A stretch of 63,912 bases of DNA, counting the filler, from an uncultured bacterium (lineage in GTDB: Bacteria > DAOPZR01), in the NCBI GenBank assembly GCA_964637655.1. It is 7 parts of 7 records of this genome, joined end to end, with 100 filler letters (N's around TTAATTAATTAA, not from the genome) between each part and the next. Parts side by side here need not be neighbours in the genome. Positions count along the whole stretch, not along the records: positions 45,943 to 54,889 come from CAZWUZ010000162.1; positions 54,990 to 63,912 come from CAZWUZ010000163.1; 5 more parts are not named here. The stretch is one strand, 5' to 3'. Every line of letters begins with the position of its first letter. Position 1 is the stretch's first letter. Below, in pieces: positions 52,105 to 60,472 of the stretch. The position numbers and the translations under genes are program-made. The notes below the pieces were generated by a model. The model ran no database searches, had not been told where the DNA came from, and saw only the letters and a program-made list of their open reading frames with translations.

Positions 52105-52297
52105 TGTGTCCCCCCACTGCAGCGGAATGCCTGCCCTTGCGCTATTGAGTATAGCGACCCCGGCACGCCCCGACCATTGGCCTTTTCCGCATTGTACTGA
52201 CAAATATCCGCAAGCCGCTGGAGTTTCGTTGTTGGCCGGCGCCCTCCCGCTCGCCTTCAGGCACACAGCAGCCCCATGCCGCCCGCGTGCCCCGGGT

Positions 52298-54889
52298 TCA
52301 GGGATTCTGCCGGCGCTCCGTGGTCGCAATGGCATACACTTCGCCGGCGGCATTCGTCAGGGCGGTGGCGATGAGCGAAATCTCCATGACGCTGCCGTCT
52401 TTGGCGAGGCGTTGCGTGTGATACGGTTCGATGAACGTACCCCCGCTGAGTTGGCGGACTCTGGTCAGTTCGCCTGCGCGCAGGCGCTCGGGGATCAGGG
52501 CGCTGATGTTCATCGCCAGCGCCTCGGTTTCGCTCCAGCCGTACAGGCGCACCGCGCCCGGGTTCCAGGCGAGTATGCGGCCGTGCAGATCCTGCGCGGT
52601 AATGGCATCGTGCGCGTCCTTGACCACCACGGCGAGGCGCCGCAGCGGTTCGCTTTCCCGCAACTCCTCCTGCGCCTGCTTCATGCCGGTGATGTCGACG
52701 AAGGTGATGACCGCGCCCTCGATGACATTGGCCAAAGTGCGGTAGGGGAGGATGCGCATGGTATACCACTTCCCCTCCGTTGACTGCACTTCCCGCTCCT
52801 TGGGCAGCAGCGATTCCAAAACCGCCTGCACGTCGGGCACCAGGCGGTCATAGCCGACGAGGTTGGCGACCAGATGCGCCACGGGCCGGCCCACATCGCT
52901 CTGGATCAGGTTGATGATCTGCGTGGTGGCGGGGGTGAAGCGCAGGATGCGCAGGCGGTGATCGACGAACACGGTGCCGATGCCGGTGCCGGCCAGCAGG
53001 TTGTTCATGTCGTTGTTGACCCGCGACAGGTCCGTCACCTTGGTCTGCAATTCGTTGTTGACCGTCGCCAGTTCCTCATTGACCGACTGCAATTCCTCCT
53101 TGGAGGTTTCGAGTTCCTCGTTGGTCGATTGCAGTTCCTCGTTCACCGACTGCATCTCCTCGTTCGATGATTTGAGTTCTTCGTTGGAGGTTTCCAGTTC
53201 CTCGTTGGTGGACTGGAGATACTCCTCCTTGTTGCGCAATTCCTGCTTGAGCGCCGCAATGCTCGCCTCGGCCTCCGCCCCCGGACCGGCCGCTGCGTCC
53301 GGCACCGCTGCCTTATGGCCGGCCTCCGGCGCGTCTTCCATGATGACTAAGTACAACGGCGTGTCCGCAGTCGCGTCGGTTACCGGGCGGACGGTGAGGT
53401 TGACCATGGTAAAATCGCCGTTGGTTTTCACCCACAGGCCATCGTGGCGCACGGTTTCTTTGGTGCCCGCAGCCTTGTGCATGGTCATGATCAGTTCGCG
53501 GCGCAGCCCTTCGCGGGCCATTTTCAAAATGTTGTTCACTCCGCTGTCGCCGGCGGCCGGTTCGAGGTACATCCCGGTGCGGCCATGCAGGTAGATGATA
53601 TCGCCTGCACCGTTGACCAGGGCCGCGGCCGGGGCAACCTGCTGCAGCAGCGCCCGCTCGGTCAGTTCGCGCGGAGTGCTGCTCCCCTTCAGGATCGCGG
53701 TGCGCGGCCGCGCCTGCTCCGGCGAGTCCAGCGGCGGGACGAACCGCCCCGGGAGCGCGCGCCGGGTGCCCTGGAAATCCGCGGTGCGCCGGTAGAGTCG
53801 CGCCGTGCGGTCAAGGGCGGCGAACAGATCGCTGAACTCGCCCACGGTTTCGGAGGTGCCGAGGAGGAGATACCCGTCCGGGCGCAGGGCGTAGTGGAAC
53901 ATGAGCATGAGTTTTTTCTGCAGGTCGGTGCCCAGGTAAATCAGGAGGTTGCGGCAACTGATCAGGTCGAGCCGGGAAAAGGGCGGGTCCTTGATGACGT
54001 CCTGCTCGGAAAAGACCAGCAGGTCGCGGATGCTTTTATGGATGCGATAGGCGGTGCCGCCCGGTTCGGCGGTAAACCAGCGCGCCAGCCGCTCCGGCGT
54101 GATGTCGGCGGCGATGCTGGCGGGATAGAGGCCGGCGCGGGCGGTGGCAATCGACTGGCTGTCGATGTCCGTGGCGAAGACCTGCACCGTATAGCCCTGC
54201 TTCCGCGACTCGAGCTGTTCCTGCAGCAGGATGGCGAGGGAATAGGCCTCTTCACCGGTGGAGCAGCCGGCCGACCAGACGCGGATGGTGGCGCCCGCGG
54301 GCTTGCCGGCGAAAAGTTTCGGGATAACCTGTATGTCCAGCGCCGCAAACACCTCGGGATCGCGGAAGAAACTGGTCACGCCAATCAGCAGGTCGCGGAA
54401 CAGCGCGTCGACTTCGGCCGGGGTCTGCTGCAGGTACTTGACGTACCTGTCCAGTGTCTCGAACTGATGGACCGCCATGCGCCGTTCGATGCGGCGGTTG
54501 ATGGTGCTGGACTTGTACTGGGAGAAATCGTGCCGGGTCTGGGCCCGCAGCAGAACGAAGATTTTTTTGACCGCGCTCTCCGCGGTGGGCGGCGGTTCGG
54601 CCGCATCGCGTTGTTTGTCCCCGAACGCGTGCGCGGCGTAGGCGATAAGCTGGGCCGGCATCGCCGCCGGCGGCAGTTCGTAATCGATCAGGCCGGTGCC
54701 GATGGCGCTGCGCGGCATGCCGTCGTACTCGGTGGTGCCGGGGTCCTGGGCCATGGCCATGCCCCCCTCGCCCTTGATCGCCCTGACCCCGAGCATGCCG
54801 TCGCTGCCGGTGCCGGAAAGGACAATGCCGATGGCCCGCTCATGCTGGTCCGCGGCAAGCGAGCGGCAACAAAAGTCGATGGGCAAACG
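52298..54889 (-). CDS. CheB/CheR fusion with coiled coil and PAS domains (5' truncated)
   Basis: LSGTGSDG, GMPRSAI; IGVTSFFRD, WSAGCSTGEEAYS, SCRNLLIY; LQSTNEELETSNEE heptads; PAS. Confidence 0.93.
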   Translation of the reverse strand, partial: RLPIDFCCRSLAADQHERAIGIVLSGTGSDGMLGVRAIKGEGGMAMAQDPGTTEYDGMPRSAIGTGLIDYELPPAAMPAQLIAYAAHAFGDKQRDAAEPPPTAESAVKKIFVLLRAQTRHDFSQYKSSTINRRIERRMAVHQFETLDRYVKYLQQTPAEVDALFRDLLIGVTSFFRDPEVFAALDIQVIPKLFAGKPAGATIRVWSAGCSTGEEAYSLAILLQEQLESRKQGYTVQVFATDIDSQSIATARAGLYPASIAADITPERLARWFTAEPGGTAYRIHKSIRDLLVFSEQDVIKDPPFSRLDLISCRNLLIYLGTDLQKKLMLMFHYALRPDGYLLLGTSETVGEFSDLFAALDRTARLYRRTADFQGTRRALPGRFVPPLDSPEQARPRTAILKGSSTPRELTERALLQQVAPAAALVNGAGDIIYLHGRTGMYLEPAAGDSGVNNILKMAREGLRRELIMTMHKAAGTKETVRHDGLWVKTNGDFTMVNLTVRPVTDATADTPLYLVIMEDAPEAGHKAAVPDAAAGPGAEAEASIAALKQELRNKEEYLQSTNEELETSNEELKSSNEEMQSVNEELQSTNEELETSKEELQSVNEELATVNNELQTKVTDLSRVNNDMNNLLAGTGIGTVFVDHRLRILRFTPATTQIINLIQSDVGRPVAHLVANLVGYDRLVPDVQAVLESLLPKEREVQSTEGKWYTMRILPYRTLANVIEGAVITFVDITGMKQAQEELRESEPLRRLAVVVKDAHDAITAQDLHGRILAWNPGAVRLYGWSETEALAMNISALIPERLRAGELTRVRQLSGGTFIEPYHTQRLAKDGSVMEISLIATALTNAAGEVYAIATTERRQNP

Positions 54890-54989
54890 NNNNNNNNNNN
54901 NNNNNNNNNNNNNNNNNNNNNNNNNNNNNNNNNTTAATTAATTAANNNNNNNNNNNNNNNNNNNNNNNNNNNNNNNNNNNNNNNNNNNN
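54890..54989. other. Artificial contig linker
   Basis: N/TTAATTAATTAA/N. Confidence 0.98.
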
Positions 54990-55359
54990 CCGCCGGGCGA
55001 CCTCCTGTTGATCGCGTTTCTCCCGCGGGGCGATGCAGCCGGCGTGGGGAATCGTTATCGCCAGCGTGCTGTTTGCGCTGTGCCACCTGCCGCTGCGGCG
55101 CGAACTCTGGCCGTGGACGCTGACCGCGCTGGTGGCCGGGTTCGTGCTGGGCGGTCTCTACGAACTGCTCGGCAACCTCTGGGCGCCACTGACCGCGCAT
55201 TTCGTGGTCAACCTGCTCGGCTTGCGCCGCCTGCGGGGAGTGCGGGTGTCGGGACGCACGCTGTCAGCGACGCTGCCTGACCTGCCGCCGGGCGCGGAGC
55301 GCGACGGACGCTACACGCATTTCAACGTCACTGATCGTGATAACGGGGGAAGCAGATGA
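54990..55359 (+). CDS. CPBP (CAAX/Abi) intramembrane protease, C-terminal part, with an apparent frame break at about 55023
   Basis: RGAMQP, SVLFALCH, GNLWAPLTAHFVVN; the EE motif is missing at the break. Confidence 0.75.
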
Positions 55360-55484
55360 AACGGCAACGACAGTATCTTCAACCGGGCGAAGGCCGACGG
55401 CAGCGCGCACCCTGGCGCGCGGCCGCAGGCATTGTCCGGAGCGACCGAGCGGCCGGTGCCGCCACGAACGGGAGGCCATCATGA
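55356..55484 (+). CDS. Mini-ORF 1 (42 aa), degenerate copy of the downstream gene's 5' end
   Basis: ATGA overlaps at both ends; RAPWRA. Confidence 0.4.
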   Translation: MKRQRQYLQPGEGRRQRAPWRAAAGIVRSDRAAGAATNGRPS

Positions 55485-55618
55485 ATACCCTTATCCACCC
55501 GACGGGCGGTACCGGCAGCGGCCGGGCGGGGGAACGCGCATCCTGGCGCGTCGCCCTCGTCGGCTGCGGCCGCAACAAGAGTGCAGCCGGTGTCACTGCC
55601 GGCGGGAGGGCATCATGA
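55481..55618 (+). CDS. Mini-ORF 2 (45 aa), copy of the downstream gene's 5' end
   Basis: GGGAGG SD, ATGA overlaps; WRVALVGCGR identical to the downstream gene. Confidence 0.5.
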   Translation: MNTLIHPTGGTGSGRAGERASWRVALVGCGRNKSAAGVTAGGRAS

Positions 55619-56787
55619 ATCCCGTCAATCAGCAGCAGGGCAGCGCCACCGGCAGCAGCGCCCGAGGCGGGACGCCGCGCGTACCCTGGCGCGTCGCCCT
55701 CGTCGGCTGCGGCCGCATCGGGTCGCTGTTGGAGGAGGACCCGCTGCGGGCGAAACCCTGCACGCACGCGGGCGCGTTCGCGTCGCACCCCGCCTTCACC
55801 CTGGTGGCGGGGTGCGACCTGAATCGTGAGCGGCTCCTCCGGTTCGGGCGGCAGTGGCACCTCGGCGCGGCGCACCTCTACGAGGACTACCGCGAACTGT
55901 TCGCCCGGGAACAGGTCGACGTGGCGTGCATCGCCACGTGGACCGGAACGCATGCCGCCATCGTCGCGGCGGCGCTGGACGCGGGGGTGCGGGCGCTCTT
56001 CTGCGAGAAGCCGCTCGAAGCGACCGTCGACCGCGCGCGGGAGATGGTGCGCAGTGCCGCCGCCCGGCAGGTGGCCTTCGCCGTCGACCACGACCGTCGC
56101 TGGTGCTGGCCCTACCGCAACGCGCGCGCGCTCATCGCCTCCGGGCAGCTGGGGGCGGTGCGCACGGTCAACGGCTGCGTGCTGACCGGGCCGCCGCTGC
56201 AGGACTGGCATAGCGACCCGGTGCGCGCCGGGGCGGGCCCGCTGCTGCATGACGGCACGCACCTCGTCGATGCCGTGCGCTTCCTGCTCGACGACGACTA
56301 CCGCAGCGTGCGCGGGCAGGTCGAGCGCGAGCGCGGCTGGCAGGTCGAGCATACCGCGCGGGCATGGTTCACCACGTCGCGCGGGGCGACCGGACTGCTC
56401 GAAGCGGGCGGCCGCCGCGGCTTCTTCCATTTCGAGATCGATATCCAGCTGCAGCACGGGCGCCTCACGCTCGGCAACGGCTTCCAGCGCGCCTGGGCCA
56501 CCCGCCCGTCGCGCCTCTACTCGGGCTTCCGCGATCTGGTCGAGATCCCCTTCCCCGACACCGACAAACGCCCGCGCTACAGCATCGCGCTCGATGAACT
56601 CGACGCGGTGCTGACCGGCGGACCGGCGACCCTTTCGTCGACCGGCGACGACGCGCTGCGCGTCATGGAGTTTATCGACGGGGTCTATCGTTCGGCGGAA
56701 GCGGGCGGCGATGCGGTCGACCTGCCGCTCACCGTGCCGGCGCGCGGCGAACAGCGTCAGGCGCGCAGCCTGCGCGCGGAGGCGTAG
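55615..56787 (+). CDS. Gfo/Idh/MocA oxidoreductase
   Basis: VALVGCGRIG, LFCEKP, HDRRW, LLHDGTHLVD. Confidence 0.92.
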   Translation: MNPVNQQQGSATGSSARGGTPRVPWRVALVGCGRIGSLLEEDPLRAKPCTHAGAFASHPAFTLVAGCDLNRERLLRFGRQWHLGAAHLYEDYRELFAREQVDVACIATWTGTHAAIVAAALDAGVRALFCEKPLEATVDRAREMVRSAAARQVAFAVDHDRRWCWPYRNARALIASGQLGAVRTVNGCVLTGPPLQDWHSDPVRAGAGPLLHDGTHLVDAVRFLLDDDYRSVRGQVERERGWQVEHTARAWFTTSRGATGLLEAGGRRGFFHFEIDIQLQHGRLTLGNGFQRAWATRPSRLYSGFRDLVEIPFPDTDKRPRYSIALDELDAVLTGGPATLSSTGDDALRVMEFIDGVYRSAEAGGDAVDLPLTVPARGEQRQARSLRAEA

Positions 56788-58820
56788 AGCAGAATCGCCA
56801 GCAGCAGGCAGAACACCGCCAGACCGAGGCGCTGTGCCAGCGGCCACGGGGCCCGGTAGCGCACGCTCAGGTCATGCGCGCCCGCCGGCAGCCGGCAGCC
56901 GACGAAGGCATGATTGACCGCAAAGAGCGGCAGCAGCTGTTCACCGGCCGCTGACCTCGCCGCGATTTCCCAGCCCATTCCCCGATGTTCACTCAGCACC
57001 AGCACGGCAGTCGTGTCGAGCGTGATGTGCACCCGGTACGTTCCTGAAGCTGTATACGCCAGAGTTAGCGAGTCGCTGCCGCGTGTTGTGCGGAAGGCAG
57101 GCGGTGCTGACGCATCCGCGGTCAGCGCTGCCGAGGACGGGTCGAAGCCCGGCGCGGTGAGCTGCGCGAGCAGGGCGCGGTCATCCGCACAGTGCTGCAG
57201 TTCGTGCACCAGCCACGCGCGTCCGGGCGGGCCATGTCGCCAGACGGCAACCGTGTGGTCACGATGGACCGCCTGCAGGCCGGCAGCGGGGGTGTCGGCG
57301 TCCGCGGCGGTGACAACGTGCTGCACATCGAGCAGGTCGAGCAGCGTTGCCGGCGCAGTGCGGAAACGGAGCGGGGTGCCGTTCACCTGGTGTCCCGCAA
57401 ACGCACTGACCAGTTCGAGGTAGCGGCGCGGCACGACACCGAGATAGCCGCCGCAGTTTTCCAGGCCAAGCGGCAGCGCGGTGTTGAACAGCGTTACCGG
57501 CTCGAGCGTCATGACGCGGCCGGGCCGCGGCTGCGCCTGCAGGAGGGCGGCGGCGCCGTTGTCTGTCTGCCAGTACGGGTGTTCGAGCCGGGCGGGGAAG
57601 GGCTGCCCGAGCAGCTGCCACGACGTGTGCGCCAGCTCCAGCGTGAGGAGCAGCGGCAGCAGCAGGAGAAAACGCCGGGCGCGGCGGGGGAGGCGAGCGC
57701 GGCAGCGGTCGAAGGCGAAAGCCGCAAGCATGGCCAGCGCCAGCACGAAGAGGAGCAGGAAACGCGACGGGACGCGCACCAGGTCGAACAGCGGCAGCCA
57801 GTGGAAAGCGAGACCGTAGAGCGGAGTATACGTGCCGAGCGCCAGCAGCAGCGCCAGCACGCCGAGGCCGAGCCAGCGGCGCGGCAGCGGGCGGCGCAGC
57901 GCGCCGGCCCCAAAGAGCAGGAGCAGCCACGGGGTGAGGCCAACGAAGGCGGCGGTCTCCCAGCCGCGCGCGAGACCGGGCTGCGGCAGCGGCGACGCGG
58001 GATGCCGGTAGCGGAACGGCGACCAGCACTGCAGCAGTTCCTGCGGGTCGAGCGACCCGGTGGCGGCCTGGGCGAGCGTCATGGTGCTGCGCTGCGACAC
58101 CTGCAGCAGGTGCTGCAGCGGCAGCAGGTCGGTGACGGTCAGCGCGGCGAAAAGCGCCAGTGCCATCAGCAGCAGGACGACGAGCCGGGGCAGCGTGCGC
58201 GGAGCGGGGACGCGGATGAACAGCGGCAGCGCGCAGGCGGTGATGAAGAGGAATTGCGGGTAGCCGGCGAGACAGTGTCCCGCGGCGGCAAGTGCAAGTC
58301 CCACGGCATCGGTGGTGCGGCGGCGGGTAAGCAGGCGGTGCCAGGCCGCGATGACCCACGGGGCCCACGCGGCGGCGGCCACGTGCGGGAACTGCCCCGC
58401 GAAGAGGCGCGCGGTGAAGAACGTGCTCCCGGCAAAGGCAAGCGCGGCGCAGAGCGCGGCGAGGCGCGACCTGCCGCAGACGCGTGCCAGCACGAAGAGC
58501 CCGCCACCAGCCCAGAGCAGGTGCAGCCAGGCGCCCCGCGCGAAGACCGCCGGAGACGGGAAGATACGGTAGCAGGCATAGACGGGATAGCCGCGGGAAT
58601 AGAACGTGCCGTCGACCACGCCCGGGCGTCCGGCGAGCAGGTGCGGGTTCCACGCGTCGTCAGGATGCGTGCGCTGGTAATCGAGCAGGTGGCGCGTGCA
58701 GTCGCCCAGGTCGCCCGGCCATGGTGCGGCGCCGGGGAGGAGCAGCGGCAGCGCGATGCCGGTCAGCAGCAGGAAGAGGAAGGCCAGGGCGTGCAGCGTC
58801 TGCCGGGTCGACGGGTTCAC
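56757..58820 (-). CDS. YfhO-like GT-C membrane protein
   Basis: WNPHLLAGRP, AAWAPW, LAGYPQ, VRVPSRF, GWE, VNHAFVG..LPAGAH. Confidence 0.82.
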   Translation of the reverse strand: MNPSTRQTLHALAFLFLLLTGIALPLLLPGAAPWPGDLGDCTRHLLDYQRTHPDDAWNPHLLAGRPGVVDGTFYSRGYPVYACYRIFPSPAVFARGAWLHLLWAGGGLFVLARVCGRSRLAALCAALAFAGSTFFTARLFAGQFPHVAAAAWAPWVIAAWHRLLTRRRTTDAVGLALAAAGHCLAGYPQFLFITACALPLFIRVPAPRTLPRLVVLLLMALALFAALTVTDLLPLQHLLQVSQRSTMTLAQAATGSLDPQELLQCWSPFRYRHPASPLPQPGLARGWETAAFVGLTPWLLLLFGAGALRRPLPRRWLGLGVLALLLALGTYTPLYGLAFHWLPLFDLVRVPSRFLLLFVLALAMLAAFAFDRCRARLPRRARRFLLLLPLLLTLELAHTSWQLLGQPFPARLEHPYWQTDNGAAALLQAQPRPGRVMTLEPVTLFNTALPLGLENCGGYLGVVPRRYLELVSAFAGHQVNGTPLRFRTAPATLLDLLDVQHVVTAADADTPAAGLQAVHRDHTVAVWRHGPPGRAWLVHELQHCADDRALLAQLTAPGFDPSSAALTADASAPPAFRTTRGSDSLTLAYTASGTYRVHITLDTTAVLVLSEHRGMGWEIAARSAAGEQLLPLFAVNHAFVGCRLPAGAHDLSVRYRAPWPLAQRLGLAVFCLLLAILLYASARRLRA

Positions 58821-58882
58821 GCTCCGACTCTATCAGACCGCCGCGCAACGCGTCAATCACAGGCAACGATATCAGCCGGCTA

Positions 58883-59182
58883 CCATGTTTCCCCTCTCCC
58901 TCAGGGAGAGGAAGCCGCGCAGCGGCAGGTGAGGGGTGATGTGCTNNNNNNNNNNNNNNNNNNNNNNNNNNNNNNNNNNNNNNNNNNNNNNNNNNNNNNN
59001 NNNNNNNNNNNNNNNNNNNNNNNNNNNNNNNNNNNNNNNNNNNNNCGCTGCCGCCATGTTTCCCCTCTCCCTCAGGGAGAGGAAGCCGCGCAGCGGCAGG
59101 TGAGGGGCAATTACGGAAAAAACTATCCGCCCTCACCCCTGCCCTCTCCCGCTGCATGCAGCGAGAGAGGGTGAATAATTGC
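58883..59182. repeat. Cluster of CCCTCTCCC..GGGAGAGG palindromes spanning a 100-N gap
   Basis: Identical ~55-bp unit on both sides of the gap; TIR-type element at 59121-59182. Confidence 0.8.
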
Positions 59183-59199
59183 CAAAAGGCAAAGCATTT

Positions 59200-59643
59200 T
59201 CCCACGGAGCACACGGAGTGCACGGTGAAAACCGCAAAGGCGTTCACCGCACACAGAGCCCGCAGAGAAAAACGCAAAGGCGTTCACCGCAGAGCACACA
59301 GAGCCCGCAGAGAAAAACGCAAAGGCGTTCACCGCAGAGCACACAGAGCCCGCAGAGAAAAACGCAGAGAGAGTGAATGAAATGGCCCTGCGGGCAGCAC
59401 CACACTACAGACACCACAACACTGCTGTCAGCTAACCGCAAGCGCTCCGTGTGCTCCGTGCGCTCTGTGGTCAAACTGTTGCCACAACCGTCGCACTGTT
59501 GCAATCGCGGAACACACGCAGAGCACACGGAGCGTCAGCGGGTCGCTGTCTGTCATGCTGTCATGCCGGCAGGGTATTGCCCGCAGGGCCAGTCCCGAGT
59601 TGTTCGGTCTTTCTCGGCGTGCTCTGTGTGCTCTGCGGTGAAC
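59200..59643. repeat. CACAGAG-family repeat cluster: 45-bp tandem x3 plus two ~140-bp elements in opposite orientation
   Basis: CGCAAAGGCGTTCACCGCAGAGCACACAGAGCCCGCAGAGAAAAA tandem; similarity to 15221-15362. Confidence 0.85.
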
Positions 59644-59836
59644 GCTGTGCTGTTTTCTGTGCGTCAACACAGAGCCACAATCTGTGTCATGGTGCAACCA
59701 TGGCGCACACGGAGCGTTTCTGCCGTGACCTTCGGGTCAGCGTGACCATCCGCTGATGCTAACCGGCGGCGACAGGGAGGCACCGCCGCTTTTACCGTGA
59801 CGGACGCTATGCTATACTGCGCGCGGGAGAGGGACC

Positions 59837-60472
59837 ATGCCTGTACCGGCCGGCGCGCCGCGCCTGCTTATGCTGCACAAGCCCAAAGGAGTGACGGTTA
59901 CCACCAGCGATGAGCGCGGGCGGACGACGGTCTACGCCCTGCTCCCCGGCACGCTGCTGACCGACGGCTGGGTGCCCGTCGGGCGGCTCGACCGCGACAC
60001 GCGCGGCCTGCTGCTGCTGACGCGCGATCGTGCGCTGGTCGATCTGCTTACCCGTCCCGGCACCTGCCGCAAGGAGTACCGCGCCACGCTGCGCGGGCAT
60101 CTCACTGACGCGCATCACGCCGCCATCGCGGCGGGGATACCGTCACCGGTCGGGGTGTTGCACGCGACCCTGGGCGAAAGCACCGTGCGCGGCCATACCA
60201 CGACCGTGACGGTTGTCCTCGACGAGGGGAAAAACCGGCATATCCGCCGCCTGTTCGGGGCGCTGCGCGACGAACAGCATGGCACCCCGCTCAAGGTCGT
60301 CGCCCTTGAGCGCGTCGCCTTCGGGCCGCTGCGTCTCGACCTGCCGCTGCGTGCCTGGCGCTACCTGACCGCCGCAGAGGAAGCAGCGCTGCTGCAGGCG
60401 GTGGGGCAGCGACGCTCATCGTCCGCTCATCACCGCTGTGCTACCCTCGGGAGAGGAGAGACACGTGCCTGA
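59837..60472 (+). CDS. rRNA pseudouridine synthase (RsuA/RluB/E/F family), no S4 domain
   Basis: HKPKGV, PVGRLDRDTRGLLLLT, KEY, EGKNRHIRR. Confidence 0.92.
   Translation: MPVPAGAPRLLMLHKPKGVTVTTSDERGRTTVYALLPGTLLTDGWVPVGRLDRDTRGLLLLTRDRALVDLLTRPGTCRKEYRATLRGHLTDAHHAAIAAGIPSPVGVLHATLGESTVRGHTTTVTVVLDEGKNRHIRRLFGALRDEQHGTPLKVVALERVAFGPLRLDLPLRAWRYLTAAEEAALLQAVGQRRSSSAHHRCATLGRGETRA

Noticed and set aside
57192-59174. Long antisense and alternative-frame ORFs (also 1564-3297, 10422-11843, 53444-54937)
   Set aside because: Shadow ORFs typical of high-GC DNA, opposite well-supported genes and lacking motifs
59233-59365. Possible CRISPR array (45-bp periodicity)
   Set aside because: Units are head-to-tail near-identical with no unique spacers, so this is a tandem repeat
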